Origin: Salpingoeca rosetta
Lineage: Eukaryota; Protista; Choanoflagellata
Length of the DNA: 64,000 nt
Assembly: GCA_033442325.1 (NCBI GenBank)
Contig: JAWQFM010000004.1
Location: 1,937,636-2,001,635 of the forward strand
Reading direction: 5' to 3'
This document shows, one piece after another, positions 47,835-62,187 of the stretch. The position numbers and the translations under genes were made by a program. A model generated the notes under the pieces. That model worked only from the letters and a program-made list of their open reading frames with translations. It was not told the origin of the DNA and ran no database searches. Positions within the stretch are counted from its first letter, which is position 1. Every line of letters starts with the position of its first letter.

Positions 47835-48497
47835 ATGTCTGGGTCGAACACTACTGCAGCCATCGCGGGTTTGCACAACCGCAATGCGTGCCAAGCCCAA
47901 GCCGCACGCGAAGCTGTCAATGAGATGCGTGTCGAAAGCGAAGAAGAGAAACGGCTGCTTCGCCTGGTCACCGAAGCAGTCACAGACACCCCTCGAAACG
48001 AAAAGGTATGCGAGCACCGTTGCCAGAACTTGGAAAGCGTGCGCGCTGTGAGAACGGGTTTACGGAGAATCATCCTCACAAGCCGTGTCCTCTTTGTTTG
48101 CCTCCGACATGCTTAATCATTTCAGGTTCTGACGGGTGTCGCAGGCCTTGTCATCATCTTGCCAGCTGTGTTCACTCTTGTGGTGAGCAGATTGCGTCCA
48201 CTCGGCTCCTGCCAAACCAAAGGGATCATTCAAACATTAGCTGCATTGCGGTTGGTCGTTGGCCTGTTGTACATTGGGATTTCTTGCATGTTCAAGAGTT
48301 GCAGCGAGTGCATGTACCCCAAACACTCCAGTGACGCGATGCAGGATTTGCAGCGTGCACTGAAGCGTCGCGCCCTTTGGACAAACTCACTCTTGCTCAT
48401 GTCATTGTTTCTTCTTGGGGTTGATGGGCTGCTATCTTTTGAGTTAAGCCTTGGGTTTCAGGCACTCTCTCACGGAAATTGTTCAAGCTATGGCTGA
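47835..48497 (+). CDS. Orphan small protein with about 3 hydrophobic segments; join(47835..48005,48126..48497)
   Basis: AAG|GTATGC donor and TTCAG acceptor join in frame; VLTGVAGLVIILPAVFTLVV, LAALRLVVGLLYIGI, SLLLMSLFLLGV. Confidence 0.5.
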
Positions 48498-48755
48498 TTG
48501 TAACTTGCAGCATTCCTTCTGCTTCTTGCTCTTCTTGCCTGTTGCGTTGCCATGAGAGAGGCTGCTTCTTGTCTGCATTGCGTTCACTGAATACACGAAT
48601 CCCGACTGCATATTCATCTGACTCTCGTCCCAGCCTGACCATCCCATCGAGGGATGTTGCGATTGTGGTCTTTTCCTCATGCAGTGAGTGGCGTACATTT
48701 GCTTCTTCAACATCACATCAGCGCTCAGTCAAATTGGAAGACACACAAACGCTCG

Positions 48756-48842
<87 letters not shown>

Positions 48843-49514
48843 GGCTCGTGTGAAGATGCAGCCAAGGGGAAACGTTGTGTTTGGTGATGTGACACAACAA
48901 ACGGGGCAATACATGGTGTTCGGGCTATGAACGAAGGTGTTCATTTGCAAACGCAAGACAATAAGAGGCCAAACCACGGATCAGTTTGCGCAGTCTTTAC
49001 ACCCAAGTCCAGAAATCCGGCCTCCCCAAGCAAAGAAATCACAAGATTGGATGAAGACACTGCCGGAAGTACAAGCATTTGAAAGGCAATGGGGCAGGGA
49101 CACAAACAGAGATGGCAGTGTCATGCACAAGTGTGCTCTACGCTGAGGTACCAATTCTTTGTCTGCCCTTCGTTCCTGCGTGCTCGCTCCTTGAAGTTAC
49201 GACAGCTGCATTTTCACGATGTCAAGGATCCGTTGCTTCCATGGGTGGAAAGTCATGAAGAATGCAGTCATGTTTTTTGGTTGCTTGTTGCTGCCATCCC
49301 TCCGTGCAAAAGTAGCTCCCTACTCAAGTTTCCGCCCCTTTTGCAGCAAGTACAACACACACGCACACACACATGCATTTCAGTTTGTCATCTCGTGGCC
49401 AACTATTCACCATCCAACAATGTTTAATGCGCATCAAAATCATTGAGAGGTGGGAAACAAACCTCCAAGCGATTGGGAGAGGATACAGGAGAAGGCTTAC
49501 ATGCAGGAGCACCA

Positions 49515-49703
49515 TCACCACTTCTTCGTTTTGTAGTGGGTGGTTTTCGAGTTCCAGTTGCCATAGAATGCGTTCTTTTTCACAACGAACTTCTTGTTGG
49601 AGTTCACGGGACACAGCTCGTCGTTAGCCTTGTGGCCTAACATCCCGCATTTGTAGCAGCGGATAGGGGGCTGATCTTTGTCCTTGGGATCCTTGTCGGC
49701 CAT
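49515..49703 (-). CDS. Zinc-knuckle ORF or first exon (CX2CX4HX6C)
   Basis: MADKDPKDKDQPPIRCYKCGMLGHKANDELCP; no convincing in-frame downstream exon. Confidence 0.5.
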   Translation of the reverse strand: MADKDPKDKDQPPIRCYKCGMLGHKANDELCPVNSNKKFVVKKNAFYGNWNSKTTHYKTKKW

Positions 49704-50309
49704 TTTCTGTCCTTGTTCAGGTCAGATGCAATGCAATAAATGCCGACGCTTGTTGGGATGCCCCTTTCACATAGCTCAGCAGAGAGAAACCACTTTACAT
49801 CAGGGGAGGGGGCGACCCACCCATAACCACAGCACCTTTCTGTTATTGTGTTCATTTGGAGCAGGGAAATTGTGGCAAGGCGACGTACAACTTCTACCTT
49901 CGTGCATGACTTCCCCTCATGAACCGAAAAGACTTTCCTGAACAGCGTTGATGCAGGGTTCCTGTCAGTTCTGCGTGTTTTGGCTTCTTTAGTGTTTGCG
50001 TGGTCATCACACTTTGAACGGGAGGCGGAAACAATGAAATTCGGCGACGAAAGAAAATTCACTGGCTCGAACGGGAAGCAGCGACCCCTGGAATGGTCAC
50101 GACTGAGATGCAAGTCCGCCGTGGGAGTCCAAGCAATACCTGAGATTTTCCTGTAATCGGTAAAGCAGCTCCAATTGGGAAACCGCGTCACTGATTGTGC
50201 CATATCATCCAAGACGGCAAGTCCGGCAGCAGTGATTGCAGTGTTGCTGCGTCTGGCTTCGTGCAATGTGGTTCGTGAAGGGTTTTGTGAGCGCTCATTT
50301 ATTGTCAAG

Positions 50310-51193
50310 ATGGCACCAGTTTTGTGGGTTCTGACACAAACCGATGTACTGTTCTTTGTGGTGTTTGAAGCACTTCAACAACTTCGTAAAAGCAACCGTG
50401 CCGAAAACGTACAATCATGCGTCGTGACGAATGAGGGTTTGGTGAGCGCATCAGATCCCCCTCGTTCGGAATGGCGCAGTATGTTTCACTTTGTGAGAAC
50501 CAGCCATGCTGCGGTTCGCAATTTCTTCATCCATGCGTGTCTGAACTGTCCATTTCCTAATAACGATGGGGGACGGAACAACCTACTAACCATGAGACAG
50601 GATGTTGCATTCAGGTCAGAGTTAACACAGTTTGACGGTCGGCCCATTTACGCGCGCTTCGATGAGATGTTTGCGCACTTCTCTATGGAGCAAGCAAGAA
50701 ACAACAGCTATTCGCGCACAATGGTCGCAGTAATCCGTTACACTGAGCCTCATGAGCGATGGCATGTCATTGAAGTAAGCTTTGGAATAAGTTGGTGTTC
50801 ATGAATGAGTGTTTGTGTTTCGCTGTTGACCTGTGTGTTGCGGCATGTTGTACTTGGCCCCATTTGCGCGACTGCAGCCGTTCACGCTTTCATGCCATAC
50901 AATCCACACAGGTCCACACACGTGTGGCATGGCAGAGGAACCATGCCAGAGTTCACAATGCGACAGGGAGCGTGACAGTTGTTTCGGCAGACGTCACACG
51001 TGGACAAGGGCCTCAAGCTTGGGCATGGTTGAAAAGGACTCTCATCCGCGCCGATGTGGGTGATCGGCTCATTCACGATGACGTTGACTTACTTGGTATT
51101 GGTCTGGAGCGGTTAGCAGTGAACAACGACGACGACGACAACGACGACGATGATGATGATGGCGACGGCGACGACAATGAAGCCCCCCAATAA
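50310..51193 (+). CDS. Orphan protein with acidic tail; putative join(50310..50774,50912..51193)
   Basis: ORF MAPVLWVL...WHVIE|GTAAGC donor; CACAG|VHTRVAWQR...NDDDDNDDDDDD in the same phase; no family recognised. Confidence 0.4.
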
Positions 51194-51463
51194 GAAGGGA
51201 GCTCAGAAGAATGACAAATCCTTACAGTTCTCTCACATTCTTTTTTTCCAAGTTGCCGCTCGACACATACTTCTTGATTTCTGTTCCTGTGCCGCAACTG
51301 CCATCCTGTCCCGAATACACGCGATTTTCATGCCATCAAGTTGAGCGAGAAATAGTGCGAGGCAAGTCGAAAAACGAACAGTATCAAGAAGACTTATGTA
51401 AGTCGTATCGTGAGCACGCGCTGAGTATAGATGCAAACACACACACATACACGACGTTTGCAC

Positions 51464-53257
<1,794 letters not shown>

Positions 53258-53363
53258 GTCGCAGCAGCCACGGTCGTTGCTGTTGCCGGTTGAAGTTGGG
53301 ACGATTGGTGGAAAACTTCAACTGCTTTTCGGCAAGACACAACGAAGGACAACAACAACAGCG

Positions 53364-56300
53364 ATGGACCAGTTTGAGGTCCTGCGCGTTGTTGGCCGCG
53401 GCACAGCAGGGTGAGCCGCAGTGCATGTGTGAGTGTGGGTGTGTGTGCTTGTCCTTTCGTTCTCTGCGAGGTGCTATCTTGAAGCACCACTTTCATCCCC
53501 TCCCCAAACACCCACACACACACACACATAATCCACAGGGTGGTGCGCCTGTGCCGACGGTGGGCTGACGGCGAGCTGGTGATTGTGAAGCAGGTCGCCC
53601 TCTCCTCCCTCAACAAGCACGAGCGCCAGGCAGCATGCAACGAAATCGAGGCGAGTGTGTTTGTGTATCTGTGTGTGCGCGCAAGCTGTTGTTTTGTGTC
53701 CGTGCCTTCACACTCACACACGGCACGTGTGTGTTCGCAGGTGCTGGACAAGGTGAAGCATCCGAATGTTGTGTCGTACTTGGACCACTTTATCGAGGAC
53801 GGGTCACTCATGATTGTGATGGAGTACGCGGACAGCGGGTCGCTGTTTGACTACCTGCAGGACCGCCAGGAGCCGCTGCCGGAATCCACAGTGCTGCGGC
53901 TCTTTGTTCAAATCCTCATCGCCCTCGACCACGTTCACAAGCAACACGTCCTGCATCGCGACCTCAAGACCCTAAACATCTTCCTCCACAGCAACCGCCA
54001 GGTCATTGTGCAAGCATTGCATGTCTGCGTGTGTGCATGTGTGTGTATCTCTGTGTGCTTGTGCTTGCGTGTCACCTTCCACCGTCCACTTTGCTCCCAC
54101 ACATGCACACACACCCCTCTCTTTCCCCGTCTCTCCCTCCCTCTCTCTCTCACACACACACACACAGGTGGTGAAGATTGGCGACTTTGGCATCTCCAAG
54201 TTGCTGGACAGCAAGAGTCACGCACAGTCTGTGGTCGGCACCCCGTGCTACATCAGCCCAGAGCTCCTGGAGGTGCGGCTGATGCGTGCATGAGAACGTT
54301 ACAGTGACTCTGCACCTGCTCACAACACCAGCCCAATACCTCCCCCTTTTGCCGCTTTACCTCACATGTCCAGGTTTACCTCCATCCCACACTTGCCAGA
54401 ACAAAGCGTACGGGCCGGAGAGCGACGTGTGGGCGCTGGGCTGCGTGTTGTATGAGCTCATGGCGCTGAAGCGCGCGTTTGACGCTCCAAACCTTCCTGC
54501 TCTCGTGCTGAAGATCATGGAGGGCGCCGTCGCCCCATTGCCAGACACATACAGGTGAGGGCACGATGTGGATGCGTGCGTGAATGCATGTACGTATATG
54601 TGTGTGTGCATGTGTACAATTCTGTTGTTCTTTCTTTCCATACACTGTTTCAAGTGTCATCCTGTTCATGTCATCATCACCGCCACCACCCCTTTCCCCT
54701 TTCCTTCCCCTTTAGCGCCCAGCTGCAGTCCCTCGTGCACTCGATGTTGACTGTGGATGCGAGTGTCCGCCCAACGCTTCCCGCCATCATGGCAGCACCG
54801 GTCGTCCAGACTGCCCTCATCGACATCATGGTGCGTGCACTTGCACGCATGTCTTTGTGGCGTCCACTGTTGAAATGCCACCACTAGTCTCATTCACACA
54901 CGCATCCACCAGACGGACATGTGTTCGCTGCGGACGACACCATCCCCGCGTGCAGGAAAACGGTCGACACAAGAGGTGAGAATTGCACTCGTGCACTACT
55001 TGGCCTCTCCACAGCGTTGCAGATTCACCCCCACTTCCACTCACATATCACCACCACCAACCACCACCACCACCAGCCGTTGCCGTCACGTGCGCGTGTG
55101 TCTCGGGCGCGGTTGCGGGAGTGGAGCCGGATTGTGGTCGTGCAGGACCGCAGCACCACCCACCTCGCCGTGGAGCAGGACTTCAAGGTGTGGATGTGTT
55201 TGATGTGATGTGATGTGGATCTGACGGCAACACCATGTCACTGTATCGGCGTCATGCATTGTTGCTGCTGTGTTTCCCCGCACCCATCCTGAACTCCCCT
55301 TGCTTTGCCCCCCTCCCCCTAACAGGTGGTGACGGGTGCTGTGGGTGTTGGCCGCGTGTTTGCGGTGACGGACGGTGGATCCATCCGCCTGTGGCGCCAA
55401 CAAAACATGATGTTGTCGTCGTCGTCGCCATCTTCTTCGTCATCAGCATCATCAGCAACAGCAGCGGCAACGAGGGGTGGACCGAAGGAACAGGGCACGA
55501 AAGCAGGCTCGACCAGCAGCGCAGTCGCACCCACAATGTGAGTCCTGTGTGTGTGCATGGAATGTGCTTGTGATGTTGCGGTTGTCACTATATTCACGCA
55601 ACACGGCATGACATGTCCCTTCCTTCTCCCCCCTCTTCCCAACAACAACAACAACAACAACAACACACACACACATTCACGCATTCATGCATGCATTCAG
55701 CCCCACGTGGGTGCCCCGGCGTGTGCGCGGGCTGTCATCGCACCGCGTGCGGCGGATGGCGTGTGGTCGGTGCTTTGCTGCGCTCATCACAGACAAGGGG
55801 CTCGTCCTGACGTTTGGTGCGGCCGTCATCGCAGCTGCTGCTTTGCATGCACCTGTGGTTGTTTTACGAGGACACTGCGCAGCGGCACTCGTTCGCTTGA
55901 ATCATCAACACCTGCTCCAAGCTCACCGTATCTCTTCACCTGTTGTTACCCATCACGTCCTCTTGTGCAGGTCGTGGTGACGGCGGGGTGCTCGGACAGG
56001 GCAACACCACCGACATTCCCACGCCCACGCTCGTGCCCGCGCTCCTCGGATATGAAGCAGTTGACGTGCGTGCATCGTAGCCGCTGTCGTTGTTCTTGTG
56101 GTGCTCTCATTGCCCGTGATGTTGCTATCGCATTGTGCTGCTGTGCTATGTTGCCCTTTGACTGACGCAAACACCTTTCACACTTGCCACGGTGCAGGTT
56201 AGTTGCGGGGCGACACACACCGCTGTCATCACCACAGACTCACACGTGTTCACGTGGGGAACAAGTACACTCGGCGCCCTCGGCTGTGGACCGGACACTG

Positions 56301-57682
56301 CGGTGAGCACTGTGCCTATGCTGCTTGTTGCCTTTGTTGTTCTTGCCTGCGCAGCTACCATTGCTCCCTCATCCGCCCGTCACACACTCATTTCATCCCC
56401 CTCCCCCCTTCCCGCCGCACTTCCCCCAGGTCGCGTCCACGCCTCGCATTGCTCTCCGCCCGCACAGCAGCGACACATATGCGCGCGTGCGCTGCGGCCA
56501 CGATGCGACGGCCGTCGTCACCAGTGGCGGTGCAGTCTGGATTGCCGGCGCAAACAGGTCAGACACTCACAGTTACTTGCTCACATGATGTGATGGTGTT
56601 TGTGTGGTCATGTGTCGCCTATGTGCTCACTCGGTTTTGCCTGTGCAGGTCTGGCCGCCTTGGCGTGGATCCCGCACGGTTTCCCACCATCAACACCTTC
56701 ACACCGTGGTCGTCCCTCTCCTCCCACATCATGTGCGTTCATTCTTGCCTTGCGGTACGGCCTGTGTTGCTGCGTTCAATTTGCACGCCAACCACACCCT
56801 TTCTCCCACCCTCGTCTCACCCGTGCCCTTGCACCTCACCTCTTCTGCTGCCACATTTACGCGCACAGCGATGTGGGCATTGGGGCGCATCACGTCGCCA
56901 TGATCACCAGGGATTGCACATGCCTGACATGCGGCGACAACGCGTGGGGACAGCTTGGACGCAATGTACGCAAATGCACAGACTGCCCAGCAGCTGTGCC
57001 TGATTCAGCTTCACACTCATGTCTCATTCTTGCCCCCCCCCCCACACACACGCTACGTGGGGACAGCTTGGACGCAATGTACGCAAACGTTCAGACTGTA
57101 ACCCAGGATGCACACCAACAGCTGTGCTTGCTTCAGCTTCACGCTCATGTCTCGTTCATGACCCCACCCCCTCATCTTCTTACACACGCAGACTTCCAAC
57201 ACCAGCAGCGGCGATTCTGCGCTGCAGCCGATGAGCGGGCTGGATGACAAGTCACTGGTCATGGTGGCGTGCGGCTTGCACTTTACTGCAGTTGTCACGT
57301 CAAACCACGAGGTGTGTAAATGGCTCTGTGCGTGCGGTTGTCTCTCGTGCTCCACGACACACTCACACACACACACACACTCACACACACTCAACTGCAG
57401 GTGTTTGTTTGTGGAAGCATGCGGGGTAAGGACGACAAGCAGCACGCTCCTGAACCGACCACACACCCCACCACACACCCCACCACGCACCCCACGACGC
57501 AACAGCACCACGTGCCGCGGCTGATATCACTTGCGACGCACACGCTGGCGAGCGCGCAGGGCGGGGTGCGGCACGAGACGGTGGTTGCGCCATCAGGCAA
57601 GAAGCAGGTGGTGGAGGTGCACGCCTCAGACCACACCTTGCTCGTCCTGCTCGCTTTGCGTGTGCGGTCTGCCATTTCATGA
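53364..57682 (+). CDS. NEK8: NIMA-related kinase with RCC1 repeats (NEK8-like), multi-exon
   Basis: MDQFEVLRVVGRG, HRDLKTLNIFL, VKIGDFGISK, VVGTPCYISPEL, LKRAFDAPNLPALVLKIM; RCC1 motifs VSCGATHT, VFTWG, CGDNAWGQLG, VACGLHFT. Confidence 0.9.
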
Positions 57683-57756
57683 ACATCTTTCAATAAACTT
57701 CCACAACCACAACACAAAGGACAGCAAACGAGAACGTCGACAACAGCAACCAAGAG

Positions 57757-58669
57757 ATGCTTGTGTTGGACTCTGTGGCGCGCAGCCTCCACGCCGCCCA
57801 ACAACAACAACAACAACGACAACAGCAGCAGAATGCCGTGATTGATGCGTGCATTGTGTTGAACCACGTGTTGCCAGAGGACACGGCGCGGTTCCTGGCT
57901 GCTGCGCAGACTGTGATTGCGTGCGACGGCGGCGCGAACCGCCTGCGCGAGGCCTTTCCGGAGGCGGACGTGGACGTCATCATCGGCGACATGGACTCTG
58001 CAGAAGAGGCGTCCATCGAGCACTTTGTCTCTCTTGGCCAGCAGCGAGGCCGGCCTTGTGAGGTCGTTCGTCTCCCCCACGACCAAGACTCCACCGATCT
58101 ACAAAAGGCCCTCGCCCACATGGACACCAGCGGTATGAGTCGTGTGTGTGTCGCATGTGCGTGTGTGTGTGTAAACAGGCACTCGAGCTGTCCCCTCTGC
58201 TCCTCACTCCACCTCTGCTCCCTCACTCCACCTGTTCCCCCCAAATACCTCCCCCTCTCCCTTAGATGTGCAGGGACGACCCACGGTGGTGGTGCTGGGC
58301 GCACTAGGTGGACGGCTGGACCACACGCTGCAGCATCTCAACATTGGGCTGCAGCATGTTGATCGGACGAGGCTCGTGTTTGTGTCGGACGAGTGCTTCA
58401 CGGAGGTGCTGCCTGCCGGGGAAACCGAGCTGCGCATTCAGCCTGGGGAGGAAGGGCGCGCGTGCGGGCTTGTGCCCTTTGCAGCGCCGGTGCGCGCGAC
58501 GACGACGGGTCTGGTCTGGAACCTGCAGCCAACGGCGGAGCTGGAGCTCAAGTGGGGCGCCCTCATCTCCACCAGCAACCTCGTGCAACCGGACACCGAC
58601 ACCCTCACTTTCCACACCAACAACCCCGTCCTCTGGACCATCGAGCGTTCTCCCGTCGTCGCGGCGTGA
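57757..58669 (+). CDS. TPK1: Thiamine pyrophosphokinase, 2 exons
   Basis: ACDGGANRL, IIGDMDS, DQDSTDLQKAL, LGALGGRLDH, CGLVP, TTGLVWNL, GALISTSN. Confidence 0.95.
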
Positions 58670-59460
58670 GGTGTGACTTGGAGACGTGCTGTGCGCTGGC
58701 ACCTTTGTCGTTACAATCTCCACTGTCGTTGGTAGCCTTCCTGCGTCACGTTACTCAACCCATCATCTCCAGGACACCGTCCTCTGGACCATCGAGCGTT
58801 CTCCCATCGTCGCCGTGTTACAGGCGCTCTGGCAGTTGCATCGCGCCACCCAACTGTTACATTACGCCCCATCATCTCCACCCATCATCAAGCACTGACA
58901 CTGCGCCACCCTTGTCCCCATGCCACATTTCCCCACACGCTGGGTGGTTGCCTTTGTTCGCCGCAAGCCACTGCGCCATTGCGAAGGTGGAAGCGGACAG
59001 CCCGTGTTTTATTGAAATCACCCAATAATAATCGGCAAATCCAAGTTGCGAAATGTCAGCCGTGATGACTGCAAGCAACCTGTGAAGAAAGAGACGAAGC
59101 ATCCGCCGTGCCGCGATTGCACTGGTCGCTCGCTGCTGCTTTTGTTGTTGCCGCACCCTTCCTCCCCTCCACGTCTGTCCATCACCTCCATAACCCCAGC
59201 TTGTGCGCTGCCTCACCACCCAGCAGCAGCCAAGCCGCCACCCAGCAGCAGCCACCTGTCTTCATTCTCCTCTGGCACAACCGCGCCAGCAAACCTGCGA
59301 CCTGTAGACAAACTACCAACAAACAAACAAGGCATAGACATCGACACGCTCCCACACCACACAAACACCTGCTGTTCCATCGTCCTTCTCTGTCCACAAA
59401 TCCCATCCCCCTCTACCCCATACGCACGCATCACCATCCCCCCTCCCCCTCTATTCCCAG

Positions 59461-62036
59461 ATGGAAGGAGGTGTTGGCGTGCAGCGGGCTCATCAGGCCG
59501 CGTCGGTGACCATGCCGCCAATGGAGGAGCCGAGCGCCGCGACAGCAACTTCCCCCGACAGCCCCATCTTCGCCGCGCTGGAGACGCTCTCCCTCAGCCT
59601 CGTCGACGAGGCCACCATGGAGGACGACTTTCCCCAGCCATCCCCGCCACCTCCCGGCATGTTTGCCTTGCAACAAGCCCTCCTCATGCAACAGCAGCAG
59701 CAGCAGCAAGGGGAGCAGGACAAGCAGATGATGATGATGGCGGCGCGTGCGCGCGCCTTCCACGAACCCGATCACCACGCCGGCCCAAGTTGGGAACCAC
59801 ACGCACCAGCGCCCTCCTCGTCCGCATCCGTGTCATCGTCAGCCACCTCAGTCGCTTCCTCCTCCTCCTCCTTCTACCACCAACAGCACTATGCGCAGCC
59901 GCGCTACGACAGCCACCACGCCATCGAGCAGCAACAACGTCAGCAGCACCACGGCTACCACAACACATACCCCACACAGCGACAGGAGCGGCCGATTCCC
60001 GTCTCGTACGCAACACCGCCGCGCAGCACTGCGACGCTGGCCTATGCACAACGGCAACGCGAAGAGTACCACTACTACCAGCAGCAGCAACAGCAGCAGC
60101 CGCAGCACCAACAGCAGCATCCTCGCGGCGACGCTCGGCCTTACGCGTCCTCCACCGCATCATCCTCGGCATTCACGCCCGTGTCCGCTGATCCGTGGAT
60201 GGAGACTGGCCACTCTGCTGCGCCAATTCGCTCGACCGAGCACGTGCGCATGCCTGCACCGCACATTCGCCAGCATGCGCACCACATCCACGCGCACAGC
60301 CGCCACGAGGACGCACAGCGCTACGCCGCCTACCACCACGCCGATGACAGCCATCACCAACACCAGCACCAGCACCATCACAACCATGGCTCACACGCTG
60401 CCACACTGGCATGGGCGCTGGCGCCTGCACAGCGGCCCGCCTACGCAACCAGCAGCGAGCAGCAGTACGCTCGTCCAGCTGCACCACCAGCAGCACCAGC
60501 GCCACGTGCCCCTGAGCACCACCAGCAGATGTTCATGCCCCAGCCAACGGCAACGACCTGGTCCCAGCCCTCCTTTGACGACGTACGCTTCTTCACCGAC
60601 GCCTCCGCACCATCGCTGCCGTCCCACCACCACCATCACCACCACAGCGGCACGAGCAGCACGGGTGATGTGTTTGATGAGTACGAGTACGAGTCGCCAT
60701 ATGCGTTTGCGCAGCTGCCGGACCTGAGCGCGGCCGTCTCCGCCACCAGTGCACGCAAATCAACCACCACCACCACCACATCCACACAAACGCAGACGTA
60801 CGACGTGCAGGAGCCCGCGCCCCTCCCCACCACTGCTGATCACATGCGTCTGTCGTGGGAGAACCTGCACCAGCACCAACATCAACAACATCAACATCAA
60901 CAACATCAACATCAACATCAGCACCAGCATCAACATCAGCATCACTTGCATAGCCAGCAGGAGCAGCCGTCAGCGGCCGCTCTTCAACCAACGACGGCGG
61001 CTGCGCTGGAGATGATGTCCCAGGCCTCATCCACCTCATCCCTGCCCATGTCGGCCCACTCGCCGTCCCCACCACTGCCGCCGCCACCCCCGCCACCAGC
61101 TGCGGCTGCCGTTGCCGTAACGCGCTCGTACCTGCAGGCGGTGCGCGGTCCCGACATCGACGCTCCTTCCACTGCCATGCACCCCGGCCTCACCGTGATG
61201 AGCAGCCCGGACAGCGACGCGAGCGATGCGGAGATCACCCCGCCGCTCCCCATTGTCGACCGCCAGCACCAGCACGTTGCAGCGATGAGGCAACAACAGC
61301 AGCAGCAACGACACCAGGCTGCACAGCAAACACGCCAACACCAACAGCAGCAGCAGCAGCAGCAGCAAGTGTCTTGCCGTCAGATGGCCAAACAGCACCA
61401 ACAGCAGCAGCAGCCGCGTCAGGCCGCTCTCAACGCTTCACCGCCGCCGGTCACGCCAACGGTGGCGGCGGCAGCAGGAGGTGGCGGAGGTTCCGTGCAA
61501 CAGCAGCAACAGCAGCAGCAGCAGCGGTATGTCTTCATTGACAACGGCAACATCTTCGTTGGTGCGCAGAGCCTGGCCAACGGGTCGATGGATCTCGCCA
61601 TCCGCCTCAACGTGCGCGTGTTCTCGGATCTGATTGAGGAGAAGTGCGTGTGTGCAGCGCGGGAGGTGGCGGCGTCGCGGCCCTCCAATCCGCAGATCTG
61701 CAACGCCTGGCGCAAGATCAACTATGCCGTGTTCAACGACACGCGCAGCCAGACGGCGCACCAGATTGTGACGAGCCGCATTGCCACCGCCATCCGCAAC
61801 AGCCGCGGCCCCAACACGCTCGTGCTGGCGACCGGCGACGGCAGCCAGTACCCGGACCTTGCTGCCATGGCCGCGGCCAAGCGGTGGCGGGTGATTGTGT
61901 GGTCGTGGAACCGCTGCCTCAGCGACAAGTTCCGCAAGCTGCAGTGCCGCTTCCCAGACAACATTGAGATTCGCGCGCTGGACACGTACCGCTCGCAGAT
62001 TACGTTTATGGCCAACGGCCGCCGCGAGGGCATGAT

Positions 62037-62071
<35 letters not shown>

Positions 62072-62187
62072 GCGGTGTCGGCAGCACTGGTGCTGATGGT
62101 GGTGATGCGCAGGGTGCGGGTGTGTCTGCCGCCACTCGCCGCCAGCACAACCAGCAGCAACAACGGCAGCGACACAGGCACCGCTAG
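59461..62187 (+). CDS. Intronless protein with a long Q/H/P-rich disordered region and a C-terminal NYN (PIN/LabA-like) domain
   Basis: YVFIDNGNIF, LVLATGDG, WRVIVWSW...LS, IRALD; start may be Met 59512. Confidence 0.8.

Noticed and set aside
47700-51425. Fanzor/TnpB, Helitron or retroelement coding capacity
   Set aside because: Looked for RuvC D-E-D with CxxC pairs, HUH/helicase and RT/integrase motifs in the frames I could read and found none; the hairpin near 51391 lacks a convincing CTRR-T end
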